Below the pieces are notes generated by a model. It did no database searches, was not told where the DNA came from, and saw only the letters and a program-made list of their open reading frames with translations. A stretch of DNA of 64,000 bases from Ylistrum balloti (lineage: Eukaryota): positions 558,001 to 622,000 of the forward strand of contig NW_026782221.1 in NCBI RefSeq assembly GCF_031769215.1, in the 5' to 3' direction. A program made the translations under genes and the position numbers. Below, piece after piece: positions 1 to 15,200 of the stretch (position 1 is its first letter; every line of letters starts with the position of its first letter).

Positions 1-3000
1 GATATTACATGTTTCAGTTTCTGTAGGGTTGAAACTCTGTCAAAGATTATCGAGATCTAGTATGCCTATATATCTACTGGTCTCAAAAGTTGAAATCCCT
101 CCTAGATATTTTAGACGTTGTGCTTACCAGACACAAATATTGAAACATTGGCCAAGATGTTGTGATAGTCATTACAGCTAGCCAGACCTGGTTTATATTG
201 TTTTCAGAAACATAATGAGTTTTGTAAAAGTCATTCTATTTCCATATGGTTGAAATATGATTGAACCTATAACCTTCACAAATATATACATCAAGAGAGC
301 AGTAGACTTTTGGCTGTAATACTATTGTATGTTATATTATATTGTTGACCTGAACACGTGTATAGAAATGTTTCCTGACAATGTTTACACATATTCTGGC
401 TGTAGTTTTATTGTCTCCTTCATAATGACAAGCAAATATAGGATGTCATCGGGGTCGTAATATAAACAGAGTGAATGCTAATAAATGTTGATAGCTGTCT
501 GGATTTGGTCATAAAGTCGTCATTTTGGTCATGTTTTCGTCTTGAAAGACTAGCACAGTATAGAACCAAGTGAATGGGTGACTGAATATGGCCAGTATGA
601 TAAGGAAAGTGATAATTGTTAACAGGGAGATTGTGTTGCCAGAAGTAGATTTGTAGTTGGACCTGAGCTTTGGCTGATTCAGTTTTCTAAATTCTTAATG
701 AATTCGTTCTTTTCAGCTTTTTTTGTACAACTGCAAAATGAATTTAGTTTTGATGAACAATTTTGTTTGATCAGATAAAGGTCATTACACATGTAATGAA
801 TTTAACAAGCAGCAGCAATAAAGATATGTGGAGGATGTATCAGTTGGTTATCAGAGCTATCTGATCAATAGGACTGGTTTGGGTTTTGTATATATATCTG
901 GACCAGGGATACCAATATTTGGTTCATTCCATGCCCACACACTATAACAAGAGAGTGGTTAACCATAGGTTGGTAAAATGGTTTTATTTACAGTACACAA
1001 ATGACATTTCTATTTACAATTCAGAAAAGAAAATTGACTACTTTAAATTGAAAATTGTGAAGTTTTATTTTGGATAGCTGATCATGTTGTAGTGTGTTAA
1101 TTACCAATGTGTAAACAGGAAAGTATCTCGGATCACTATGTAATCCTTATACATGGGCAGTATCTATATCAGGTTTAGCTACCTCCACTTTTCAGAAAAT
1201 TATGTCCTTTTTGGGAACGGCAGGGATGGGTTGAGGGGAAGGGTACGAGTTGGCCCCCGGAGGACAGTTCTAGTTTCTAAATGTATTTAAGATTTGTAAT
1301 ATTGATTACACTACATTGCTGATATTGCATTTTTTCATCGTTAGCTGTGTCATACTCTACTTTCTACTGAGTTGTATCCTACATTATTTTATTTAAGAAT
1401 GATAATTAGATTTAAATGTAATTTCACACAAGTATGTAAGGAATGGACTACACTGTGTTAAGTTTGGAGATGAGTGTAATTTACATCTAATTAATGTAAT
1501 AATGAATTCAGGATGTCAATATCCATAAATAGATATTGTAAACTTGTGTATGTGTGGCTTTTTTTTATTTGATAATTAAAGATTTTGTAGTTTTATCAAA
1601 ACTTTGCAGGAAAACATGATATATTCTCCATGTAAGTCATGAACATTACTTTAATTGGTTGAGCAGAATTCATTACCATGTTTTGGCTTTCTATTATCAT
1701 ATGATGGATTGTTTAAATTCTTTGTGGTCATTTGTCATTATGACAGTGCATGTAATTAGGGGAACGAGAAGTTTGGTGCTACGAAATTTCTCTGAAACAT
1801 TCACATGTATCGTGAATGAAGTATGTTAATTTTCTTTCTTGTTAAATACAGTAAAATGCTTCAGGAATAATTGAGAGTTAAATAAAGTGAAAAATTAAGG
1901 ATATTCCTGCTGTTTTGGGGTGGAAGGAATGTTTATATTGATATGGACTGATGTTTAAGTGTGATGTTCTGTTCTTTAGTAAACACCAGGAATGTTGTAA
2001 CGCAAACTTGATTCCGAGAGCTAAATCAATATATAGAATCCACATTCTACAGCAACTAACAAACTGCATTAGAGCCATCTGCTCACACTTGTAATCAAGA
2101 TGGTGAATTCTAGAATTATTGACAATTAGAGGTGACCTTGAAAAGTCCTAAAACAAACCTGTCACATTTGACATTCTTTTTACGTCATTTGTCAGAATAA
2201 CTCTCCTCATAGCAACATGTAAATAGCATTCAGATAGATTATTTACATCAGAAGTTGGAGGTCAAATGTCTGCAGTTCTTGGTTAGCATGGACTTAAACA
2301 AATGATATTTAAACTGATAAATACCACTTGATAAAATTTTATGAATTTGTTTTTTTGTATGAGTAAAAGAACAACACGTTTGTTCTTAAACACAAACTTA
2401 ACTTCACCTACGACATTAGTGATAATTTGTGTATAATCTACATGTACCTGTTTTTATGTCACAAAAGTTCAAAGGACAAAACATACTGAATTAGACTGAA
2501 CATAATTTGATGAATTTTCACATCTGTAGAGCTTTAAATAAGGCAAAATATGACACTATCCTTCTACTCAATAATTCAAATATACAGAAAGTCAAGTTCA
2601 TATAATAAGGTATCTTGGTCAAAATGTCAGATAACTAATTCTTGCCTCGTCTGTGGATTCAGTTATTAAGTCCCAAATTGACTCCTAGTCTGGTCATTAT
2701 CACTTAATTCAAACAAAAACAACCCCCAAAAGACAAGGGGGAAAAAGTGAATGGTGGAGCAAGGTTTTCTTTCATATCTTTAATATGAATTCATTGGACC
2801 TGGTTAAATTGCTGGTGGACAGACAGCTAGTAGTTATTTTGGGCATTCTGTAGAGTTCTATAGTATGGAAGTTTCAGGTTAGTTCCTTTTTTGTCTATCT
2901 ATTAAATATTATCAAGAAAAAATAAGTCCATTGGTTCTCTTATGTACTAGGTAGGTAATCAGTATGCATGTTTATCAAATGAGAAGCATAACGTTTTATC

Positions 3001-3267
3001 TCATCAAAAACATAACCACCATACTCTGAAGTTGTATTCTTCTTTTTTACCTCATTTTGCAAATATTTAGTACAAAATGATCCTCTTTTGTATGTTCTGT
3101 GTTTTCTAATTTTCTTTAAAGGATAGATGGATAGTTGCCAAGGGCAGGCAATCCTAGTTTCTGATTTTCTTGAAAGGAGAGATGGATAGTTGCCAGGGGC
3201 AGGCAATCCTAGTTTCTGATGGACTAAATATTGTTGAATAACTTTGAGTTTGTTTGTTTACATACAG

Positions 3268-6200
3268 GTGGTGCCTATTTCATGATATCACGAAGTCTAG
3301 GACCAGAATTCGGGGGTGCCATAGGTTTGGTGTTTTCTGTAGCCAATGCTGTGGCGGTGGCCATGTACGTGGTTGGCTTTGCAGAAACTGTCAGAGACAT
3401 CCTCAAGGTAACTCTTAATACCAACTTCTAAATGCAGAGAAAGCAAGTCTTTTAAACTGAGATTAAACTTTTAAGATATTTCCATTTGATGATAAATATT
3501 TCCGTTACATGTAATGACAGCTATAAGATTATGTAATGTTACAGTTTAACATGTAATAGGTTTGTTTTTGATGTGTTCTGTAACAACAGATTAGAAATAA
3601 GTATGTAATCTTTCCTCGACATCATAGATAACAAGCCAATGTGTAATCTTATATAATCCTTACTAATGTTATTCCAGCTATTAACCTTCAACTGATCTTC
3701 AAAGGCTAACATAATCTTCCAAGTGACCTAAGGTCAGGAGTGGGCATATTACAGAATAATAGCATTTGTTACTGTTGACTTTTCTGCAGAAATCCAATAG
3801 ATATGTGTTGGCCTATTGCCAGACATGGGCTTATTGTTGGATAAGTACTATATAAATCTGTTTGTATTCCACATCTGTGTCCCATCAATCTTTATGTTTA
3901 CATAGAGCTGTGAAGTAGCTAGATTGCAAGTCATCGGAAGGATGTTCTAAAACTCGACCATCAATCTTAAAAAGTATTATTTCTTTTTTTTATTTTCCAT
4001 TTTAGGTAAAATTGATTACCTAAAAAACCAGTCAAATCCTGGTTTCTGAATGGCAGATTGTGTCATAAATTGTTACAATTTACTGCTGATAAAAACAGAC
4101 TGTACATAATCACTGTCTAGTCATATGAATTGACATGAGAGGAAATTTGCATTAAGGAAATGTTGTTTTCAGATCTGACTTCCACTGTTTTCAAGATTCA
4201 TATGACACAATCAGAACAAAATCTGTCTCTGGCATTTAAACATTCCATTTAATTAACTTCTTCTCAATAACCAACAGACAAAATGTCGTGATATTTGGCT
4301 GGTGGCTCCATAGGATGAAGCTTGACAAAGTTGGGGAAAAGAAGTTACCTTCACCCTTACTCAAGATCACAGGGATCAAATTTGTCAAAACCTTCTAACA
4401 ACTTCTTCTTATTAATCAAAAGATACAGAGGCAACATATTTTGCTGATAGGTTTTTAGGATAAAGCCTGACAAAGTTTGCAAAAAAGATCTAACCTTGAT
4501 CCATATTCAAGGTCACAGGGGTCAAATCAGTTAAACCTTAAAATAACTTTTTCTGACCAATCAAAAGGGCCAGAAGTATGATATTTGGGTAATAGACTTC
4601 CAGGATGATGGGTTGGTAGGTCTCTGTGATAAAGCTGCCTGACGAAGTTTGCTAAAAAGAAATGACCTTAAACCATATTCAAGGTCACAGGGGTCAAATT
4701 GTCAAAACCAGTAAAAGACTTCTTCTGGTAAACCAAAAGTCTGAGAAGCAGGATATTGGGTGTAAAGGATTTTCTAGGTCAAATTTCAAGAAAAGAAAAA
4801 AATAACATTACCTTTTATCCAGGTCACTGTTTAGAGTTGAGTGTAAGAAACTCTTTGTTATAGAAATTGGTTAAAATTGCTTGGATGTGCCTAATCTGAG
4901 TGCCAATGGTGGATGCATTTGTAATAAGAACAGAATCTATGTTTGATGAACATTGAACGCCAGTGAGTAATACAGGCCCATTAGGCCTCTTGTTTTATTC
5001 TTTGTATAGACTAGTTAACCCCTTCAACAAGAACTGAAATCTGCACCAGAACAACACCAGTTCCAGGAAAACCCTAGCTACTGGCAGACAGAATCATTAG
5101 TGATCAGGAACTTATTAGATTAACAGATCATTGGGCTTATTGATTTTCCTTAATTTCTGTTACTGTAGGTAAACAACGCCCTAATGGTTGATGAAGAAAA
5201 TGACATCCGTATCATTGGTGTGTTAACCATTACCTTGTTGCTGTTCATAGCAATTATAGGCATGGAATGGGAGGCGAGGGTATGTGTTAATGACCAACAT
5301 TTTTATACCTTGTGCCAGTAACAGATAAAATTTTCAATTTATTTTGACTCTATAAATGACAATTTTCATATTATTACAGATGATGTAAACTAAAAAATAT
5401 GAAGAAAATAAACAAGAAAAGAAAAGGCTTTGAATGTATTTCAGTATCACTTTTGTGTTAGAAATCTATTTGTAGAACAGTATTATTTTGTTGATATAAT
5501 AATATTACAGTATTGTTTAGGTTTTATGAGTATATTACCATATATTCTTTATGCTGGAAGAGTATCACAGTATAACAGTATTACTTTTTTTACTAGAGTG
5601 ACAAAACTAGACGAGTGTGAATTTTATTACTGCATATGTATGTATATGGGTGAAACAGTCTAATTTTCAGGTTTTTTAGCCATCAGCTAGTGCTTGATTG
5701 TTCTTTTTAAAGCTAAAACAGGATTGTTTTTATGTTTTTCAGTTACAAAAAATCTGCATAGTTTCTTAAAATACATTTGCTTCTCTATTTCAGGCCCAGG
5801 TGATTTTGTTAGCGCTTTTGTTAGTTGCTATAGCTAATTTTATTATAGGAACATTAATACCCACAACTCCTGAAAAAGTTTCTAAAGGAATTGTTGGTTA
5901 TAAAGGTAAGACCTTTTTCTGTTCTGTTCTTCCTGATACCACAAGGCTAGAAGTATTCGCTATCTGAGCTTTATTTGCTTGAATTATGGCATGTACTGTT
6001 ATTATAATACCTATCAGTAGTGATATAAACGGCCAGTTTACTGAAAACCAACCTTGTATATTATATGTCTATGTTTCCAAGTCTGCCATGAGGTGAGATT
6101 TAACTCTGTGCAGAGTTCAAGTTGAATGAACTTCTCTAACAATTTTTTTTTCCAGGTGAAGTTTTTGTGGACAATTTAGGGCCAAAATTTTCTGAAGGGG

Positions 6201-9200
6201 AAAGTTTTTTCTCAGTTTTTGCTGTATTTTTCCCTGCTGCTACGGGTATTTTAGCTGGGGCAAATATCTCAGGTGATTTAAAGGTAAGATGTACTCAGGG
6301 TCATCACAAGATTTAATATTTCAATTCATGAACTTGTAAACAATATGTCAGTCTTATTTGGCAAATAAAGCAAAGTAAGGACATTTGTATATTGAATATT
6401 TTGCTTCATTTTTGTGCTTTGTATTGTTATATCTTGGTTTTGTTTTTGGGGAAAAAAAGATAGATAAGTTTGTTTTGATCAAATTTTACAGAATGCACAG
6501 AAAGACATTCCAAAGGGAACCTTTTATTCTATACTTATATCGACGATTGTGTACATTGGAATAGCATGGATACTTGGTGCTACAATCATGCGCGAAGCAT
6601 CAGGTTATGCTCTGGCGGCAGTTCAGTCAGCTATAGCTGCCAATGTTAGTGCTAATAGTACCTATCAGTCCAACCATACCATGGTAGAGACACTGCAGCC
6701 CAGCGCCTTCAGTTTGGCTGGAAACTGCAGTCTGGGAAATGATGGCCAGTGTGAATATGGTCTTCTCCACGATTATCGGGTATGTTGTTTACAATATATT
6801 AATGGTGACATTGACCTCAGATAACTCATTTAAACATTGCAAAATTGGAAATTTTGTTATCAGAAATGTTATATACAATATTTATTTCGATGATTGAAGG
6901 TTATTTATTGATTTTAGAAAAATTATATATATCTTGATTCAGATGATAAATGAGTAAAAGTGTTTTGTAGAAAAAATTCTATTTCAGCTGTACTTTGTGT
7001 AAAACATTTAACCAGTTTCATTAATTCAGATGTCATTATCCTATATTTTCTGTAAATAGGCAATGGAAATAGCATCAGGATGGGGTCCCATTGTCACTGT
7101 TGGAATATTTTCTGCCACACTTTCATCTGCACTTGCCAGTCTTGTTTCTGCTCCTAAAGTCTTCCAGGTACAGTTATTATATCGATAAGATTGATGCAAG
7201 ACAAATGATAGAAATGTATCTGTTATTGCGTTGTCTTTCTTCTTTTTTAAATGAAATTTTTAGATGTGCTATTAAGCAATAGCTCTAATCTCTCTTGTAT
7301 TAGACATGCTATTTTTTTTCATTCACAGGCAGTTTGCAAAGACAAAATATTCCCGAAAATCCATTTCTTTGCCAAAGGTTACGGTGCCAGTGATAACCCA
7401 AGGCGAGCCTACTTGTTAGCTTATTTTATAGGTGTAGCATTCATAGCTATTGGTAAGTGGAAGTTTGGTCGTGAGGGCTGTGTTGCTTTTCCTTATACTT
7501 TACAGAGTATTGAGTTTGTGTTTTGTGAGATTGTACAAAAAACACACAAGTGAATAGCACCTCATAATGCTAATTCAGAATAAGATACAGTGAGGCTTAA
7601 TGTTTGAATGTAACTGCGTCATAGAGCTTTAAATAAATAGTGGTTTAGAATCATATAAACATAATGGAGCTACACAATACATGCATACATTGTGATGGAG
7701 ATACTAAAATCATTACATACATTTAATTTAGCTTTAAAAATGACTTTGGCTGAAATGTAAATAGGATAAGTTAATTGATTGTGTATCCATTTGAAGGAAG
7801 CATTGATGATTGTAAGAAATACTACAGTTATGTAAGCAAGAAAGATACAAAAATGTATGTAGATTAGTAAATGAGATTAACATAGGTAAATAATTTGCTG
7901 GTTTGTGTGTTTATATCATTTATTACATAACTACCCTGTTATTCATGTAATAACTCCCATTTCATAAATATTTATTAAACATATGAAATATGGCCTAAAG
8001 GAGCTAAAGGGTACTACTCTTTGGGATGTCTAAACTTGGTCTGTCATATGCAATGTGTTGTCACCAAATAAAGAGATATGGAGTGAAAAGATCACCCATT
8101 TATATTATGTACCAGTCTTATAAATTGCTGTTATCACAAATGTTGCATAAGTAACCAAGTTATGTGATAAACATTGTCCTGCTTTCATTTCCATTTCAAG
8201 TGAGATTTATGATTTTTTTAATTTGCCTTGCCAGAGGCTCCGTAAAGTGAAAAATTCTGAGCCCTATCTCGTAAATCTCACATGAGTGAACCCTCCTGTA
8301 TAATCCTGTATATTTAGATAGATGATTTGGTGTTTTGTGTTTGAATTTTTGTGGTTTTCTTGTGTGTCTTCTTACCTGATTTTCTGCTTCCTGTCGACAG
8401 GTGATTTGAATTCTATTGCCCCCATCATATCTAATTTCTTCCTGATGTCCTATGCCCTCATCAACTATTCCTGTTTTGATGCCTCGCTTGCCAGGTCACC
8501 AGGTAACCAGACTTCACTAACATTCACTTCCTGTTTGTTATGTAATGTTTCAGTAAAACATCTGAGAAAATGGCAGAAATTATCCGCAACATATTTCTTA
8601 CAATTTAATTGATGTAACATCCAAAGCAAACACTGAATGCCATTTGCCATAATGATAAAAATTCTGGATTTATAAACATCTTTTAGAGTCCTGACATATG
8701 GTTAATTTCACCTTGAAATCTTAATGCAAATTGAACACATTGACAAATAGTTCTCACTTAGATTTTGTCTGAATTTAGCATGTTTCCTGGTAGTGAGACA
8801 TTGGATACAAAGAAGTTGTATGAATTGAGACTGTTTTAAATAAAATGAGCTTTTCTGAATTAACTTGATTTATGCCAATAACAGCACTTGGATGAGTGTT
8901 GGTAATTAGATATAGTTAACAATACTATTTTGTGTGTTATGACTGAGGTTTGGTAAAGGTCCATATTTCATATTCCAGTTTAAAAAAAAAATAATGAGAA
9001 AGTCATGTTTGGAAATTAAACCTAACTGGTATTTGATTGAATTGAAATACTTCCACAGCTTGTTTTGTTAATTGATAATGGATGTATACATCTTCGTTAT
9101 ATTCCAGGATGGCGTCCAGCATTTAAATACTACTTTATGTGGTTGAGTCTCCTCGGTGCCTTAGTGTGTATAGCTGTGATGTTTATTATCAACTGGTGGA

Positions 9201-12200
9201 CAGCCTTAATAACTTTTGCTGTGATAGCTTTTCTCTTTGTATATGTACACTACACCAAACCAGGTAACTTAAACACAGGCTGTTTCTTGTTACACAACAT
9301 GTGAAATTATAAACTATAAAGGGATGTAAAAGAGGTTTTTACATGATATGTGGTACAAAGTCTAAAAATATATAGAGCTGGAAATATGTAGAGTTGGTAA
9401 ATACTATTTTTAGTAACAAATCAGTGCTGTATTATTGTTTAATTTCATAGACCAAATATTTCACCATTGTTCTGGTTGGGGTTAGTTCATAGGAATTACA
9501 TTTCAGTCAACACCTTTTTCATTAAGCAGTAAACAGGAGGGTATGTCCATACGTTAGTGTCAAATTTGCGAGGTAGATAATTCAAATTATTAAAAATATT
9601 TTGATTGTCTACAAGTAATAAAAGATTTCCATGGTATGTTATTGCATGCTATCTTTAATGATTATAGTGTTAGTCAATCTCCTGGGAATATAACCAATAT
9701 TATACAGTATTCGGTTGAATGATGCAGACTCAATGTGCCATTGTTAAATCCTCAAGACATACATAGACAGTTTACCCCTGCTTGTCAAGTTACTTGTTAT
9801 TTTCTTAAGACTTAATGTAAAAAAATACTGTCTCCGATATCTGAGATTTGACATTGCTCACAACCCCGAAATTTCACAGTTGAATTGAATACTTGAACAC
9901 TTTTTTCATATTAAAACTTAAATATATCACGAAACCAAACCATTCTGCTTTGACATTTTTTTTTCCAAGTCATACGCTCTTTGAACATATCAAAGATTAA
10001 TTAATATTTATTTAACCAGTTCAACTGGTTCATCTATGTCTATGACTGAGATTATTTACCATTGTAAAAGAAAAATTTATTCAATAAATCTATTTAATAA
10101 ATGGAAATCATAGAATCAGTATATGGAATTAATACATCATCTGGTTAACAGGTTGATTGATAGTTGCCAGTAAACATCATGGTATATAGAATAAATACAT
10201 CTGGTTAACAGGTTGATTGATAGTTGCCAGTAAACACCATGGTATATAGAATTAATACATCATCTGGTTAACAGGTTGATTGATAGTTGCCAGTAAACAC
10301 CATGGTATATAGAATTAATACGTCATCTGTTTAACAGGTATTTTAATAGATTGGTAGTTACTGGTAAACACCATAGTATATGGAAATGATAGATCAGTTG
10401 GTTAATTGATTGGAAGTTGCTACTCAAAACCATTTGTGTATGATGTATTGAATCATGATTTCAGATGTGAATTGGGGCTCCTCTACCCAGGCTCATGTGT
10501 ATAAAAGTGCTCTCCAGTCAGCTCTTAAACTCCTTGCCGTAGAGGATCATATCAAAAACTTTCGGCCACAGATTTTGGTGCTAACAGGCTTACCTTCAAG
10601 TCGTCCGGCCCTGGTGGATTTTGTGTACACCCTGACAAGGAAAATCAGTCTGATGATGTGTGGCCACATTCTCATTGTAAGTGGATAAGCACATTTTAAC
10701 AACATTGGACAGCAATACCCACACTTCTGGTGAGGGTAAGATTTCTGTATCTTGCTGGGGTAAAGACAGCCTGCAGACACAGAACATAAGCACATGCTAA
10801 ACAGGAAGTTGTAAATTTGAGACATGGCTGACTGATATTGACAGTTTGAGATAAGTTAAATATAATTGTATCACAGTTTCTGATGATCTTCAATTATTCA
10901 AAACAGTTTATGACAAAGAGTTATCATTATGATTGTCTTTGAACAATGTATAAGATCGATTACAAATTGGTCATAATAAAAACAAAATTTCGTATACTCC
11001 TGAGTTTGTTTCCACATTTGTCACCATATATTTGTCTTTTTATTCTATTTCTGGTATGTTTGAGATAGGAGGTAGAAAAAGAATCATACCTCAGTTTAAG
11101 GTTAGGACAAAGAAATATCCACCCTCGGAGGAGATTCCAGATAGTCTAACTTTTGGCAATGCCTCTGGTTAGACAATTATTAATTTCCTCCTCGGGTAGA
11201 GATACTTAATGACTGTTTCTGTATTTTAACATTTTAGGAAATTTTCCAAAAATAAACTGACCAAAATTTTTCAATAAAATAGTTCCTGCAGTGTTCACTT
11301 GAATAGTGAATCTGGTAGTGATATGTATAGTTTGATGTTTTAGGGAAACCAGAGTGATTGTCTACGTGAGATCAACAAGAACAAGTCTGGCTCTGTCTAC
11401 CAATGGTTCAAACAGCGCAAGGTCAAATCTTTCTACAGTGTCACCTCGTCACCAACATTCAGGCAGGGCGCACAGAGCATCATGCAGGTAAAGACAGGAC
11501 ACCAAGTATCATGTGTAAAATGTTATACACTGTTCGGAGATCAATATGTTTATCAGAAGCCTAACACATGTAGGTAAAGGGTCACAAAATGCCAGAATTG
11601 ACCCAGATGTCGAAAATGGTCCTGAAGATTCACACTTTAATTCTACAAAAGAATAAGTTCAGTAAAAAGGAAACTTCAGAATATTCAGAATTTGTTATTT
11701 CTTTTTTGCATAGTATGTGTATTTGTTTCTTCAGAATGTTGGAGTAGGGAAGCTGAGACCTAATATTTTAGTGATGGGCTTCAAGTCTGATTGGCGAACC
11801 ACCCATCATGAGGAAGTGGATGGCTACTTTAATACCATACAGTCAGTATCTGATATGTCCTCAATGCCCTGTATAATAATTAGTCAGGAGATCTGACATT
11901 GGTTTTCTACAACATGGTCACTTATATATCCCACTGGCTAAAAGATTCTTGCATGTGCCAGGGAAATCTCAACAAAACATGGAAATTATATTTAAAATAA
12001 GGACATGATGTTCAGCTTAAGTGACATTTCCGTTGTGCTGTATGGTATATCTTAACATGAATTATGTAGGTAATACCTAGGTAGTACATGCAGATGTAGG
12101 CAAAATAATATGAAAGAAGACTACTGAAATAGAATTAGCATTTTTAATGTGGTAGATCATGAAAGTAATGTAAATACAGATTACAGAGAGGAAGAGCTTG

Positions 12201-15200
12201 AGCTTATAGTCGGTAGGTGTGTGACATCACTCTCTCTGTCAATTACCATACAATGTTTTCTAATTCAGAGTTGATAAGAAAACGTCCATCTGATTGGCCA
12301 TTAATTACACATATACTCCTCTACCGTAGTTAAGATAGATAATGAATGCTTCCTGATGTAGTGTTTATCAGTGATAAAAGTCTGATAGATAGAAATAACT
12401 GTAATAAAAAGATAGTATCATTTCTCTCTTCATTTTAGTCATTTCATCACACTGGTACGATTTCGGAACATACTGGTATTTCATACATTATTTTTCAATA
12501 ATCACGAGAATTTCTTCACCTACCATTTTTTTCATGTTCTTTGTCATTAACTGCATTCTCTTTGTATTCCCTTGATATATACCTGATAAAAGGTTGAACA
12601 CACTTGTCACTATAACAACATCCTGTCATCACAAAATCACACATCTGGAATTCAGAAACCACCTTCACATTATTTAGTCCATGTTTTCACATTTTTCAAT
12701 TGAATTAAAAAATCCTTTTCTTCATGTTAATTTTCATTCCCTTTGAATTGATATTTGAATCCAAGAAATATTGTATATCATATTTTTTTGAAACCAGCAA
12801 CAAACTAGTACTCGTTCTCTAACCTTGTAAATGCTTTGTAATACTACACATACCTCTCAAAAGTTTATTTGGTATTTGATAATAAAACAAAATGTTTCAT
12901 GGATTATGATTGAAGTTAAGCTGGAAAAAATGGTAGTTTTGGTCATTGGTTTCTGTAAAGACTGTTACTGAACTATTGGCAATAATAGTGAGTTATCTTG
13001 TAATTTTTGTATAAATCTGATATTGATGTTACAGTGACGCCTTTGACCTGGAGTTTGGTGTTGGTATATTGAGAGTGGCTGGAGGATTCTTTAATGAGCC
13101 CAATCAGAATGACTCTGGTCATGAGTCTCTAGTTCAGCATAAACTTGATGGTAAGTGTATAAGTCAGGAAATACTTTCACCTACTAATACATTGACTCTG
13201 TTTTAAGAAATCTTTTTCTCTTAACTTTAGTCTGGAGAAATCTATAGCATGTGTATTTTGGTGTTTTAACTGACATGTTTTGGTCCTGCAGCTGCCTCTC
13301 CTCAACTCTTGCATAGCAGCTGTTGTGGACCACACATGACAAGTATACAGACTTTTTAAAATGTTTGTGCATGACAAGCTGAGTGTTGTATTTTATCTGT
13401 CAGTAATCTGTCGCATTATTCATGTATTTGCTTTTCAATATCTTAATTTATTTGCTCATAACTTCTTTCCTTTGTTTCACTGTAAAATTGTTTGATTTTT
13501 TTGTGAGTTTTCAGTTTTCATAAACAGAAAATTCTATTGCTAGCATGATTTGACAGAGTACCATAACCGTTTGATATGCTATTGGTTATTTGTCTATAGT
13601 CACGCAGTAGACACATAACAAGTTACACTGTCACACTTTTATCATTTATAAACAATGATACAGATACAATGATGCTTTTGTCTTTCTATTGTCATATAGT
13701 ACTTATTGGAAAAGTAATACAAATATTAAAAATCATTATTACCTCTTTTAAATGTTTGAATTAAGTATTCCACAGTATCTGTTGTTCTGAGTATACCATA
13801 AGATTAAAAATCTCATGCATTGTGAATTTTACTTGCTGTTACTGTACAAATGCTGTAATATTGCATATCATTAGAAGAGCATTTTGCTCTCTTGAATGAG
13901 GGCAGGTTAATTATTACAGCCAATATAATTAGACAGGTGCCTGTCTTATATACCTAGGTAGTTAACCGATGTGAGATGTGAAATTGATATGTGATGAATG
14001 TCGGCTTTACATGAAACTATTCTTGACATGATGGGAGTTTCCATATATGTTATGAAATGGGATACTATTTATCAGATTATATGTGGTTACAGCTGACGAG
14101 GAGGAAGTCCCGTCTTTCCCCAGTACCCCGACCATGCTACGTAAACACAGCCGATCATCTGAGGGCTCCATTCCTGAAAATAGTGGAGATATACCAGGGA
14201 GGGATGATAGCCATCATCTGCTGGTCACAGAAAGTTTGATCAAACAGCAAGATAGGTTTGCCAAGAAACAGAAAGGAACGATAGATGTCTGGTGGCTGTT
14301 TGATGATGGAGGTAAGGAACACTAAATCAGGATTAGTTTTCTGTATCACAATATTTCCCTGATAATGTTATTTTCACAATCAGAAAAAGTTACACAGCAT
14401 TATATTTCTTGAAGATCCTTTTGTTCCAAGAATATTAAGACCAAAGAAATATTTATCTTTGAGAGGCATAGCATTAACATAACCTTGACATTTCAGGTCT
14501 TACCTTGTTGATTCCTTATATCCTAACAACGAAGCTATATTGGGGAAACTGTCGACTGAGAATATTCATTGCTGGTACAAAGAGGGGCGAGATTGACAGA
14601 GAACAGAGGCAGTGAGTATTAGCTAGGTTTTCTGGATTACCGTATTATCAATGACTTTTGAATCAGAATTGAGAAAAAAAAAATTGAAAAAATGATTTCT
14701 TCCTTTTCTTTAAAGTTTCTCTTAAAATAGAGTTTCTGTTGCCATATTGATAACCTTTCTTAGTTATAGTTTTTGTTGCCTTATTTAACAAGTACCTCTT
14801 ATTTTCAGAATGGCCACATTATTAAGTAAATTCCGAATTGAATGTAAGGAAATCACTGTAGTAGCTGACATTGGCAAATCTCCAGAGAAAAAGAGGTAAG
14901 AAATTAATTTAAACTGTTTAAAATTAGGTTTTCAGTTAGAGTAAGAAAGCATCTCTTTATCTGGTTCTTATTTACTATTTACATCACCTATAGTGTTGAC
15001 CTATGACAGTTGATTGGATATGATTTCGTGAAAGATATTTATTACTGCCAGATGAATTGACAACACAGGGTTTAAAGTGATACCGTTTGATAAAACTCTC
15101 GGGTCGTCATATGGTCACCATTGTGATCTCATAATTTTCTCAATATGTGATGTGAATACAGATCAGTTAAATGTTTGTAAGTTGGTCTGTCTATTTCATT

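Noticed and set aside
1-3267. Upstream SLC12A2 exons or another gene
   Set aside because: No NKCC TM1-2 coding segment was found; the region is treated as intron, with only a 55-bp two-copy duplication at about 3121-3220.
11113-11207. Imperfect inverted repeat in an SLC12A2 intron (possible MITE or RNA hairpin)
   Set aside because: The arms are heavily mismatched, with no TSD or second copy visible.
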